DNA of 32,000 nucleotides from Acaryochloris marina MBIC11017 (GTDB lineage Bacteria; Cyanobacteriota; Cyanobacteriia; Thermosynechococcales; Thermosynechococcaceae): NCBI RefSeq assembly GCF_000018105.1, contig NC_009925.1, positions 2,520,001 to 2,552,000 of the forward strand, read 5' to 3'. Shown piece by piece: positions 8,589 to 17,359 of this stretch (position 1 is its first letter; each line of letters starts with the position of its first letter). The notes under the pieces were generated by a model. It saw only the letters and a program-made list of their open reading frames with translations, ran no database searches and was not told where the DNA came from. The position numbers and the translations under genes were made by a program.

Positions 8589-9761
8589 TCAACGATAAAC
8601 GGGCAGCGTAAAGTGGAAAGAGCTGCCGTGATTGGGCGCAGAATCCACCCAAATTTCACCATAGTGGTTCCCCACAATCCGTTTGCAGTGGGCTAACCCC
8701 ATGCCATATCCTGACTCGTCTTGATCCCGATCTAGGCGATACTGGTTATCAAAAATATATTGCTGCTTTTCCTGGGGAATCCCTAAGCCATTGTCGCAAA
8801 TACTAACCTGCACCTTTTGCGTCGTGCGATGCAAAACTAAAAGTTGAATTTCTCCACCCTCTGGCGTATATTTCATCGCATTATCCAGCAAGTTAAGAAT
8901 CACCTGCTGCACTTGATCGGCATCGGCATGAACATTGGGGATATCAGGTGGGATATCACTCTTCAAAGTCTGGGATTTAGCTTTAAGAGCATTTTGGACC
9001 CTCAAAGCAATTTCTTGGCACAGTCCCCCCAAGTCCAGCTGCTTAGGATGAGTTTTGAGGTCGGGTTCACTCCCTTGAGAGGCCTCTAGCAAATTGGTGA
9101 TCATGCGCTCAATAATTTGGGTTTGGGCATGAGCATGTTTCGTCAAGCGTTGCAGCAAAGCTGAAGATAAATTTCGAATGACCTCATTGTCCTCATCCCA
9201 TTGTCCCGCTAAAGTCTCTAACGCAATGGTCGCCGCCGTTAATGGATTACGAAGATCATGGGCCAACATGTTAATCATGCGATCCTTGAACTTGAGCTGA
9301 TCCTGCAAGGCTTCATTCTCTTGTCGCAGACGAAACATTTGATCCGAAAGCTGCATCAGTTGCGCAGCGTCAGCAAAGGAGGTTGTATCTTCCTCTACAT
9401 TCAGTTGGTCATCCAGCAGATCATTCGCCGAGAGGGCATGCTGCCAATAGGGCCAGGACTCTTCCAACTGAGAAACCAAGTTGCTGCCTGCCAAAATATG
9501 TCGCGGCTCAGGCCGAATTTTAACTAATGCTGGCGTCGCCACCAGTTTGTAGTATTCAACCAGATAGGGTTGTTCAGAGACTTCAACTACATGCAAATCA
9601 AAGTCACAGTCTGGTTTTAGGGTATCTAAATATTTCGATATTTGGAGAATCTGTTCTTTAGCCGTTGTACGTTTATCCACAAACAACAGCAGCTGTAGTG
9701 AAGCATCCGACTTAACTACAGATTGTAGATGGTCAGTGGGGGTCTCGGAAGATGATCTCAT
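8589..9761 (-). CDS. sasA: Adaptive-response sensory histidine kinase SasA (KaiC-interacting clock output kinase)
   Basis: N-terminal KaiB-like/thioredoxin-fold segment LQLLLFVDKRTTAKEQ...EQPYLVEYYKLVATPALVKI. H-box MLAHDLRNPLTAA. HATPase motifs LLDNAMKYTPEGGEI, DNGLGIP, GYGMGLAHCKRIV. C-terminal GSSFHFTLPVYR. Collinear with S. elongatus SasA as I remember it. Confidence 0.9.
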   Translation of the reverse strand: MRSSSETPTDHLQSVVKSDASLQLLLFVDKRTTAKEQILQISKYLDTLKPDCDFDLHVVEVSEQPYLVEYYKLVATPALVKIRPEPRHILAGSNLVSQLEESWPYWQHALSANDLLDDQLNVEEDTTSFADAAQLMQLSDQMFRLRQENEALQDQLKFKDRMINMLAHDLRNPLTAATIALETLAGQWDEDNEVIRNLSSALLQRLTKHAHAQTQIIERMITNLLEASQGSEPDLKTHPKQLDLGGLCQEIALRVQNALKAKSQTLKSDIPPDIPNVHADADQVQQVILNLLDNAMKYTPEGGEIQLLVLHRTTQKVQVSICDNGLGIPQEKQQYIFDNQYRLDRDQDESGYGMGLAHCKRIVGNHYGEIWVDSAPNHGSSFHFTLPVYR

Positions 9762-9941
9762 TCCGGTGATCAGATCAGAACAGAATAGGCATGGGAGTTA
9801 GTCAGAAGATACCAATGAGTGACTCACACATACTGATTTAACTTCATATTAATTGACAATGCCCCATAGAGGATCAGGCTAACTATAGATATCGAGCCTT
9901 GAAATCCTAATTGCCCTTTAGAATGCCCCCATCCGCCCATT

Positions 9942-12900
9942 CTAGCGCCGAGTACAAGGATTTGTGGCATCAGGGTGTCGCTGTTGATAAGTCTGTAACC
10001 ATCGACATCCTTGCTGCAAGAGTTGCGGGAGAGTACCAGTTTGCCAGATCCGAATGGCATCGTCTTTACCCACCGTCATCAAAGATTGACCATCCGCTGC
10101 AAATTGCAGACTATACACTGCACCTTGATGCCCCATCAATTCTGCTAGCTGTTGCCCTTTAGACGTCCAAATTTTAACAATCCCGTCTTGGCCAGATGTT
10201 GCCAGCCGTTGTCCATCCGCACTGAGCACCAGGCGTAGAATATCATTAGGATGACTCTGAAACTCTTGTTGCAACTGGCCCTTAGTCGACCAAAATTTGA
10301 CAGAGCCATCTTTGCCCACCGTCACCATCTGCTGGCCATCTGGGGTATAGCGGACATCACTGAGCCACCCTTGCTGAGCATCAAATTGTCGCAGTTTTTT
10401 ACCAGAGGGTGTCCAGACTTTGATTTGTCCCTCTTTGCCCGCCGTCACGAGTTGCTTACCATCAGGGCTAAATCGGATTGCCCATAGGGGCTGGGTAGAG
10501 GCTTCAAATTGTTGATGGTCTTTGGTTTGAAAATCCCATAGGTGGACGGTCCCATCATTGGCCGCCGCCGCTAACATCTCACCCTTGGGACCATAGCTCA
10601 GGGAATACACGCCTTCTTTATCAACGAGATGGTCTTCTAGCTTACGGCCCTGTAAATTCCACATGCGGACATAGCCATCTTCACCCGCTGTCGCTAATTG
10701 CTTTTGATCGGGACTGAAGACGACATCGTTCCCTTTATTGTGGGCTTGTTTTTCCCACAGCAGGGTGCCATCTTTTTGCCACAACCGCAACATGCCATCT
10801 TTACCGGTTGTCGCTACGGTATCTTGCTGAGGATGTAGGGCAATACTCCAAATACTTTTATGTTGGCCTGCCCATTGGCGCTGGCCAGCGAGGTTCCATA
10901 GGTGGAGACTGCCATCTCTACCTGTGGTCAACAGACTTTGACCATCTGGACTAAAGCTAGCGCTACTCACCAAACCAGAATGTCCTTTCAGCTCCGCCAG
11001 TTTTCTCCCGGCAAAGTCCCAAATTCGAATCGTGCTGTCTTCCCCCAGGGTCACCAATTTTTGGCCTATGGGGCTGGCATCAATCAAATACAAAGACGTT
11101 TGACTGCCTCGCCATACATTTAAGGGCTGAGTACTAGATGCACTCCAAAGACGAATTAGGCCATCCGTACCCACCATGGCAAATCGTTGATTCTGCTGAC
11201 TTGAGGAAGCGGTCCCAGGGACTGTATCCGGGAGAAAGCTCACACTATTGAGCTTGAGGTTAGGATTAATGCGGCTTTTCCATTCCCTCAGTTTCTGTCC
11301 CGATAGCGTCCAGGCCTGCATCGTACCGTCTGCACCGACAGTTATCACGGTCTGTCCATCAGGATTGAAACTTAAACTACTGACGGATCCATTGTTGGCC
11401 GTGAACTGCGCCAGCAGCTGCCCCGTTTGATTCCAAAGATACACCTGGCCATCGGTAGATGCCGTGGCAAATTGGTCACGGTTCGGGCTAAACCGAATGC
11501 TTCTAAGTTTGCCGATCTTCTGGGAAGCCGTTGACTGGAGGTCACCTTCAGCATCCCAGAACTGGAGTTGTCCCATCGGAGTGAGGGTCAAGACCTGACC
11601 ATTTTTAAGGAACGCTGCAAACCGAATGCCTTCAGGATTAGCTTGAAACTCTTGCAGCTGTTCACCGGTTAGAGACCAGATCCGGACATAGCCATCTTTT
11701 CCTGCAGTGATTAACTGCTCGCCCTTCGGGCTAAAGGAACCACTATAAATCCGTCCCTTATGCCCCTGCCAAGTATTGGTTTCATAAATATTGTCCAGAA
11801 TACTCTGCAGCACAAACAGGGGTTTGACGGTGGGATAGTCCTGCAACTGGCGTTTGGCAGGAACCAAGTCTTGTAGTTTTTGGCCCAGCTCAATGGCAGA
11901 CTGCAAAGCTTGCAGCTGGTTGGTGGGGAACTGTCGGAGGGTAAGCACCCCTTCCTGTTCTAAGGCAAGACTCTGCTGGGATTCTTGTAGATCTCGCCCC
12001 GTACGAATGCCGACGGCAATGGCTAAGACGGAGATTCCCGAGACCATCGCTAAGGCTGCGATCGCAACTCGTACAATGCGACGGGCCTTACCATGGGCCT
12101 CCGTCAAAATATGGTTGGCCTCTTCAATCGCTTTCTTAGACTGGCGCTCCGTGGCGAGGCTGACTTCGACTTCTTGCTTATCGGCGTCTTGGCTCGCACT
12201 AAAAAACTGATAGTCCTGGTCGCTTAAGCTTTTGGTGTTGGCCCAGGCCAACGCCTCCCGTAAAGCTTCGCCGCGAAGTAGCCGAGACATATCTTGTCCG
12301 TCAGACCTTAACCAGGATTGCATCACATCAGCATAGGGGCGCAATTGCGCCAACTGCTGTTCCACCCAAGCCAAATCAAAGATTTTGGCATAAATGCGAT
12401 TGTGAATATAAAGCTGTCCTTGTTGCTGAATCACCAATCCCGACAATAGGAGTTCCATCTGTTCAGAACTATTGTCTGTGGGGATACCCACTTGCCAATC
12501 AGGTTGGTCTAATAGTTTCTGATAACTGCCAAGTAGCCGCCCCGCTCGCTGTTCATTTTGCAGTAGGCGATTGCGAATGGTCCGTAGGTGCTCTGGTTCA
12601 TCTTGGGCCTCCCAGCTATGGAGAAGGCGCGATTGCACCAAATCGGCCACAGCCTGTGCTTCCGTGCCTGGGGGAATAGTGGCACCTGTCGTTAGAAACT
12701 TACACAGCTTTTGGGTCAAAAAAGGTTGCCCATTCGTCCAGGCTAAAACCGCTTGCACAAGCTGTTCTGGTTGTTCGGACACATCACTCAGCCCGGCAGT
12801 GAGCGGCCGAGCCGCTGAGGACTGAAAACCCCGCAGGTGAATGGCTCGGCCAATATTAAAGGGGGTACGCTGCTGGTCTTGAATCAGTTGTGAGGGAGTA

Positions 12901-13493
12901 GCGACGCCGAATAGGGCAAAGGTGAGGCGCTTAAAGTCATCGCGATCCACCCGGCTGTTGTAATGGGCTCTCAGTAGGGCAAAGAAATCATCAGCAGAAA
13001 AGCTAAGGCTGAGTAAGCTATCGACTTCATCGATAAAGATCACCATGTTCTGGGGAACATGGGCAAACAGCACCTGCTCGATAAAGTCGGTGAGGCGTTG
13101 GGCGGGGGATAACAGGGTGCGATCGCGCCACCAAGACCGCAACTGAAACTTGTCTCCCAGCTTAAATTCGCTGACCAAGGCCCCAATCAGACTGGCGTAC
13201 CATTGCTCAGCGGTAATATTCTGGCTACCAATTTTAGTGACATCAATGGACGCACAGGCAAACCCTTCTACGGTTAATCGCTTCATGGTGTGGACCCGCA
13301 AGCTGGACTTGCCCATCTGCCGAGCCGTGAGCACGTAGCAGAATTCCCCCGCTTTTAGGGCTTGATACAAGTCACGATCGGCCTGACGAACCACATAGGT
13401 GCGAGCATCGACCGGTAAGCTGCCCCCGACCTGATAGGGATTAATGGGGGAAGTGTCTGGCGTCCAGCCTGAAACAGAGGTATCCATAGGCAA
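9942..13493 (-). CDS. AAA-like (PF14516-type) P-loop NTPase - helical linker - single hydrophobic helix - 14 WD40 repeats
   Basis: Walker A ARQMGKSS (13302-13325), Walker [30 protein letters not shown]. Hydrophobic helix [24 protein letters not shown] (about 12006-12077). Fourteen repeats each end in a W-dipeptide context: VRIWSL, LQFWDA, VYLWNQ, MQAWTL, IRLWSA, IRIWDF, LHLWNL, LRLWQK, VRMWNL, VHLWDF, IKVWTP, VKFWST, VKIWTS, IRIWQT (about 10038-11771). The track start at 13493 is TTG; ATG at 13487 is the alternative. Confidence 0.85.
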   Translation of the reverse strand: MPMDTSVSGWTPDTSPINPYQVGGSLPVDARTYVVRQADRDLYQALKAGEFCYVLTARQMGKSSLRVHTMKRLTVEGFACASIDVTKIGSQNITAEQWYASLIGALVSEFKLGDKFQLRSWWRDRTLLSPAQRLTDFIEQVLFAHVPQNMVIFIDEVDSLLSLSFSADDFFALLRAHYNSRVDRDDFKRLTFALFGVATPSQLIQDQQRTPFNIGRAIHLRGFQSSAARPLTAGLSDVSEQPEQLVQAVLAWTNGQPFLTQKLCKFLTTGATIPPGTEAQAVADLVQSRLLHSWEAQDEPEHLRTIRNRLLQNEQRAGRLLGSYQKLLDQPDWQVGIPTDNSSEQMELLLSGLVIQQQGQLYIHNRIYAKIFDLAWVEQQLAQLRPYADVMQSWLRSDGQDMSRLLRGEALREALAWANTKSLSDQDYQFFSASQDADKQEVEVSLATERQSKKAIEEANHILTEAHGKARRIVRVAIAALAMVSGISVLAIAVGIRTGRDLQESQQSLALEQEGVLTLRQFPTNQLQALQSAIELGQKLQDLVPAKRQLQDYPTVKPLFVLQSILDNIYETNTWQGHKGRIYSGSFSPKGEQLITAGKDGYVRIWSLTGEQLQEFQANPEGIRFAAFLKNGQVLTLTPMGQLQFWDAEGDLQSTASQKIGKLRSIRFSPNRDQFATASTDGQVYLWNQTGQLLAQFTANNGSVSSLSFNPDGQTVITVGADGTMQAWTLSGQKLREWKSRINPNLKLNSVSFLPDTVPGTASSSQQNQRFAMVGTDGLIRLWSASSTQPLNVWRGSQTSLYLIDASPIGQKLVTLGEDSTIRIWDFAGRKLAELKGHSGLVSSASFSPDGQSLLTTGRDGSLHLWNLAGQRQWAGQHKSIWSIALHPQQDTVATTGKDGMLRLWQKDGTLLWEKQAHNKGNDVVFSPDQKQLATAGEDGYVRMWNLQGRKLEDHLVDKEGVYSLSYGPKGEMLAAAANDGTVHLWDFQTKDHQQFEASTQPLWAIRFSPDGKQLVTAGKEGQIKVWTPSGKKLRQFDAQQGWLSDVRYTPDGQQMVTVGKDGSVKFWSTKGQLQQEFQSHPNDILRLVLSADGQRLATSGQDGIVKIWTSKGQQLAELMGHQGAVYSLQFAADGQSLMTVGKDDAIRIWQTGTLPQLLQQGCRWLQTYQQRHPDATNPCTRR

Positions 13494-13546
13494 ACCATAA
13501 CCAGCAATGGGCCGTCCCTAGAAGACAAGCCAATAGTCTCAAAATA

Positions 13547-16141
13547 TCACCCTGATTCGCTGGCCCCTTTGTCAGCGGCCACCGTTGCAAAATACTGACG
13601 ATACAAATCGCAGCGGGGTTGCGCTCCATTGCCGACCAACCGAATCAGTCCTAAGCTATGCAGCTTAAACAGCACAGACGGTTCTAGGGAGATCGCCTGT
13701 TCAGACGTGACGACGGAGATAAAGGCTTCAGCCAACTGAGCATGCTGTTGCAAATTCCACCAATGACCGCGTAAGTGATCGCGGAATAGTCCTGCTTCAG
13801 TCGGTGCCGTTTCGAGCAGTTGTTCTACACTCATATCTCCCTTGGCCACGTGGTACAGGGCCAGCCGGATCAGATAGGGATGACCACCGATCAGGGTTTG
13901 AAGCTGGGAAGTTTGGGCTTCATCCCAATCTAGGGTATGCAGCTCAGCCAATTGGCTAATCTGGGCCAAGGAAAATTCGGGTAAGTCAATCGGTAAGCCG
14001 ACATTAAAGGGGGACTGATTGGTATTGAGGGGGATATAGACCTCAGTAGCATGGACCACAATCAGCCGTAGCCTTTGCCAGATCTCTTGGTTTTTGGCTT
14101 CTTCGTGCCAGGCTCTCAACAGGCCAAAGAAGTCGCTGGCAATTTCAGGATATTCAAAGACTCGATCGACTTCATCCAGGGCCAGCGTCAGCGGGCCATC
14201 TAGCTCTGGCAGAATATATTCTTCAAAATAGGCGGTGCAATTATATTTACTGCCAAAAATATCGTCCCAAGTTTCAGAAATCCGATTAGGTAAGCGCAAG
14301 CGACGGCTAACACTAGCACAGAGCCATTGCAACAGCTTATCCAGATCCGTAAACACCTTGCCATCTGCTAATTGCAGGTTCAAGGACACCGTGTTCAACC
14401 CTTGGCTGGAGGCCTCGTGCAGAATGCGGGCCATCAACGAGGTTTTGCCCATTTGCCGAGGCGCTTTAATCCGAATTAAGGAACCCGGTTGCACCACCGT
14501 TTCCGCACAGCGTAGTTCTATCGGTGGCCGCTCAATATAAAACGCGGACGCCACATTGACCTGCCCTTCCGGTAATTCTGGTTCAGCAACGGGCAAAGGC
14601 GGCGCATCCGATCCTTGTTTAGGCGGCGGTACGGTCGGGAATGATCCAGAACTGCCTTGATCCGCCGTTTTAGTTAAGGAGTCACTGGCATCTAAGGCGG
14701 ATAAAATATCTTGGACGAGGTTCGGGGTATCACTGGCAGACCGCCAAATACGCTGCTGCAAGCGATGGAGATAGCCTCGAAGTTCATAATTCAAGGAGCC
14801 ATCCATGGGCAAATCCACCCGAATGGGCACAATTTGCGGTCGCTGTTCCGCTCGACTCTGATGCAGTGCTTTGACCGCTCTCACTTCCTGCAACATCAGC
14901 TCGCTATGGGCTGAGGCCCGTGACAACAGCAGAATATAAAAATCACAGGCTTTGAGGGCGTGATCAATATGCTGGGCCCAATTCTCCTTTAGCTCCAAAC
15001 TTTGGGTGGACATAAAGGGCTGATAGCCTGCACCTTTAATGGCTGCGAATAAATCTTTGGCCACCTGCAGTTCCGGTTCCCGGTTTAATGCACTAATAAA
15101 GACCTGACTCGTCACCTCTGCAAAAGGCTGGGTCGCACTCTCCGGATCCGCAGAGAGGGAATCAGACCCCATTGAGTTGCCAGGAAAGTCGGCGGGACGA
15201 GCCACTTGCGGCGTCGTCTGATAGCTGCGTTCTTCGGCTAAACCCGGTTCACCTGCCCACAGGTTTTGCACGGGCGATCGCAACATCTTACCGACTTTTT
15301 TAAACCATCCTGACGATGGTTGCTCTTGCAGCTCCTTGAGCACGTCTTCTGCAGATTGATACCGATATTGGAAGTGGTAGCGGACCATTTGCTGCAGCAC
15401 ATCCCCTAAAGCTGGGCTGACGGGTACTTCTTCCTGCCAGTCAATTTCGCCCTGGGCCGTTTGGGTAAATTGGGTGGGGTTTTTGCCAATAAAAGCCTCG
15501 ATACCAATCATCCCTAAGGCATAGAGATCGCTATTGGCTCGGGGGCGGCCTTGGGCCTGTTCAGGAGCCATATAGCCAGGGGTGCCAATGGCAATTGTCC
15601 CTCCCACGGGCAGCGGCTGGTGGGGATCGCTGCTCAGTTCTTTACGTAGCTGCTTGACAGCCCCAAAATCAATCAGGACCAGCCGACCATCTTGCTGCCG
15701 ACGAATAATATTTTCGGGCTTGATATCCCGGTGAATAACGTTGAACTGGTTAATAAAGGCCAGGATGGACAAGATATCTTGCAACAGTTGGGTGACCTGT
15801 TCTTCTGACCATTGACAGCCTTGGGGTAATTCTTTGCGCAGGAGGTGACCAGGAATATACTCCTGAACCAGATAAAACTCTTGCTTTTCTTCGAAGTAGG
15901 CTAATAAGCGCGGAATCTGATCGTGACTTCCCAGTTTCTCCAACATGACGGCTTCCCGTTCAAAGAGAGACCGGGCTTTTGGCAGAAACTCAGGATCCCG
16001 TTTGGCTGGCTTCAGATGTTTGACCACACATTGCGGACGCTCAGGTCGGTGGATATCCACGGCCAAATAAGTCTGACCAAAACTACCCCCACCGAGGGTT
16101 TCCTGAACTTGATATCGTCCACCGAGGGTTCGACCGAGCAT
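13547..16141 (-). CDS. Ser/Thr protein kinase - TIR-like domain - AAA-like (PF14516-type) P-loop NTPase fusion
   Basis: Hanks kinase motifs are complete: GGGSFGQ, VVKHLK, HRDIKPEN, DFG, GTPGYMAPE (aa ~8-270). TIR-like segment VFISALNREPELQVAKDLFAAIKGAGYQPF...FYILLLSRASAHSELMLQEV (aa ~346-485, about 14687-15106). AAA-like module: Walker A APRQMGKTS (14438-14464), LTLALDEVD, FFGLLRAWH, SPFNVGLPI. Confidence 0.85.
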   Translation of the reverse strand: MLGRTLGGRYQVQETLGGGSFGQTYLAVDIHRPERPQCVVKHLKPAKRDPEFLPKARSLFEREAVMLEKLGSHDQIPRLLAYFEEKQEFYLVQEYIPGHLLRKELPQGCQWSEEQVTQLLQDILSILAFINQFNVIHRDIKPENIIRRQQDGRLVLIDFGAVKQLRKELSSDPHQPLPVGGTIAIGTPGYMAPEQAQGRPRANSDLYALGMIGIEAFIGKNPTQFTQTAQGEIDWQEEVPVSPALGDVLQQMVRYHFQYRYQSAEDVLKELQEQPSSGWFKKVGKMLRSPVQNLWAGEPGLAEERSYQTTPQVARPADFPGNSMGSDSLSADPESATQPFAEVTSQVFISALNREPELQVAKDLFAAIKGAGYQPFMSTQSLELKENWAQHIDHALKACDFYILLLSRASAHSELMLQEVRAVKALHQSRAEQRPQIVPIRVDLPMDGSLNYELRGYLHRLQQRIWRSASDTPNLVQDILSALDASDSLTKTADQGSSGSFPTVPPPKQGSDAPPLPVAEPELPEGQVNVASAFYIERPPIELRCAETVVQPGSLIRIKAPRQMGKTSLMARILHEASSQGLNTVSLNLQLADGKVFTDLDKLLQWLCASVSRRLRLPNRISETWDDIFGSKYNCTAYFEEYILPELDGPLTLALDEVDRVFEYPEIASDFFGLLRAWHEEAKNQEIWQRLRLIVVHATEVYIPLNTNQSPFNVGLPIDLPEFSLAQISQLAELHTLDWDEAQTSQLQTLIGGHPYLIRLALYHVAKGDMSVEQLLETAPTEAGLFRDHLRGHWWNLQQHAQLAEAFISVVTSEQAISLEPSVLFKLHSLGLIRLVGNGAQPRCDLYRQYFATVAADKGASESG

Positions 16142-16260
16142 AATCTCTAATGCTTGTGTGAGGAGTTAACTGTCTCTACGCAGCGACTAACGCGATTAGA
16201 CCTATTGTCTCGCGTTGGGTGGGCAAAGAGGAGGTGGGATGGTCGGCAAATACCAAAACC

Positions 16261-16293
16261 CAACCGTATCCTAACTGCTTGTGGATACGGTTG
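16261..16293 (-). terminator. Perfect 11-bp hairpin with a U-tract on the minus strand
   Basis: CAACCGTATCC (16261-16271) pairs with GGATACGGTTG (16283-16293), with an 11-nt loop. On the minus strand it is followed by GGGTTTTGG. It lies between the 16363-17268 gene and the kinase gene. Confidence 0.6.
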
Positions 16294-16320
16294 TAGTGAT
16301 TTTGATGTTGTTACCGTTTG

Positions 16321-16353
16321 AGAAAACTCACAGAGGTGCACAGGCACCCTCTG
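16321..16353 (-). terminator. Intrinsic-terminator-like hairpin directly after the stop of the 16363-17268 gene
   Basis: Minus strand reads CAGAGGGTGC-CTGT-GCACCTCTG (9 bp plus one bulged G), then TGAGTTTTCTC. It begins about 10 nt after the stop codon. Confidence 0.6.
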
Positions 16354-16362
16354 GTACAGGGT

Positions 16363-17268
16363 TTACTGACGTCTCAATAGGGGTCTCACGGTTTTGATGC
16401 GGCGCAAGGGTCGCTTTCTAGCCGGGGAAGGTCGGAGGGTGGGACGCAGGCGCTTAGACTTGATCCGCCGCTGATTCTTGCGCAAGCGCTTTCCTAGAGG
16501 CTTGATTTGGCGACGATTCGATTTGATTTGTTTACGCAGCAGCTTGCGGCGAGCGCTGGGCTTGACTCGCTTCACCCGTCGAGAACCCGGCTTCAGCCGA
16601 ACCCGCTTCTTTTGGGAAGCCTTACTTTTCTGGAGTCTCGTTCTACGAATAAAGCCTTTGGGGGCCTTGGAAGGAGACTTAACGGCTGGAGTCGGCACTA
16701 AGACCTTGGGGCCTGGTGCTTTTTCGGGAATAACGGGTAATACTTCCTCTACGGGTTCGCCTAAACCAGGGTCCGGGACTTCGCCAAAATCATCGTCTGG
16801 TGGAAATTCCCCTTCATTTCCTGAGGAACCGATGCCAATCAGGGGGCCGCCTGAACCGATATTGATATTGACATTAATGGAGGGGCCGCTAGACTCTTGC
16901 ACTTCTTCTTCGGCCAGTGCTGTGTCAGCATCATCTGCATCGGCAAATTCGTCTTCAGTAAAAGCCTCAGCGGTGGTGCAGGGCTCAGTCACCTCTCCTC
17001 CTTCCTCTACTGGAACCTCTTCACTCGTAGGCTCACCTTCAGGTTGCTCATTTTCGCTAGTTTTTGGCAGACAATCGTCCGTAAGAGCTGTTTCGGTTAA
17101 CTCAGTAGGCTCCGTCTCTAGAGCAATCGCAGCATCTTCGGTTGGATTGGGATTTGTCTCTGAGGCGAGACTGGCGAGAGGCGTGAACCCGACCACCAGG
17201 CACGCCAAGAGAAAGACCTGCAGTTTTTGAGGAGTACGGTGGGTTGCAGCAGTTTGTTTCAGCATCAT
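16363..17268 (-). CDS. Secreted, low-complexity, charge-bipolar protein (signal peptide, acidic region, poly-basic tail)
   Basis: ATGATG start at 17268 with AGGA 6 nt upstream. Signal-peptide-like LQVFLLACLVVGFTPLASLASE. An Asp/Glu/Pro/Thr-rich region of about 160 aa contains a single Lys. In the last 97 aa, 44 residues are Arg/Lys and none is Asp/Glu (my hand count). A terminator hairpin follows. A long ORF on the opposite strand (16478-17230) makes the strand call less than certain. Confidence 0.5.
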   Translation of the reverse strand: MMLKQTAATHRTPQKLQVFLLACLVVGFTPLASLASETNPNPTEDAAIALETEPTELTETALTDDCLPKTSENEQPEGEPTSEEVPVEEGGEVTEPCTTAEAFTEDEFADADDADTALAEEEVQESSGPSINVNINIGSGGPLIGIGSSGNEGEFPPDDDFGEVPDPGLGEPVEEVLPVIPEKAPGPKVLVPTPAVKSPSKAPKGFIRRTRLQKSKASQKKRVRLKPGSRRVKRVKPSARRKLLRKQIKSNRRQIKPLGKRLRKNQRRIKSKRLRPTLRPSPARKRPLRRIKTVRPLLRRQ

Positions 17269-17359
17269 TAAAGTTCCTTGTAGTCATCAGCGTTGAGAAG
17301 AATTAGCTTGTACTGTTCTCTTAGGGCCAACGCGGTTGGTTTATGCACGTTGCTAACAA

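Noticed and set aside
10251-12825. Several 60-118-aa plus-strand ORFs within the WD40 gene (for example 11854-12210)
   Set aside because: They are antisense to a well-supported 1183-aa gene. Long antisense frames are common in this GC range, and no motifs are present.
16478-17230. 250-aa plus-strand ORF (Ser/Pro/Gly-rich) overlapping the charge-bipolar gene
   Set aside because: It starts at a TTG and has no signal or motif. Its Ser-rich low-complexity translation is what you expect from reading GAA/GAG/GGT-rich coding DNA antisense. The minus-strand ORF has an RBS-spaced ATG, a signal peptide and a terminator. It is kept only as a caveat on strand assignment.
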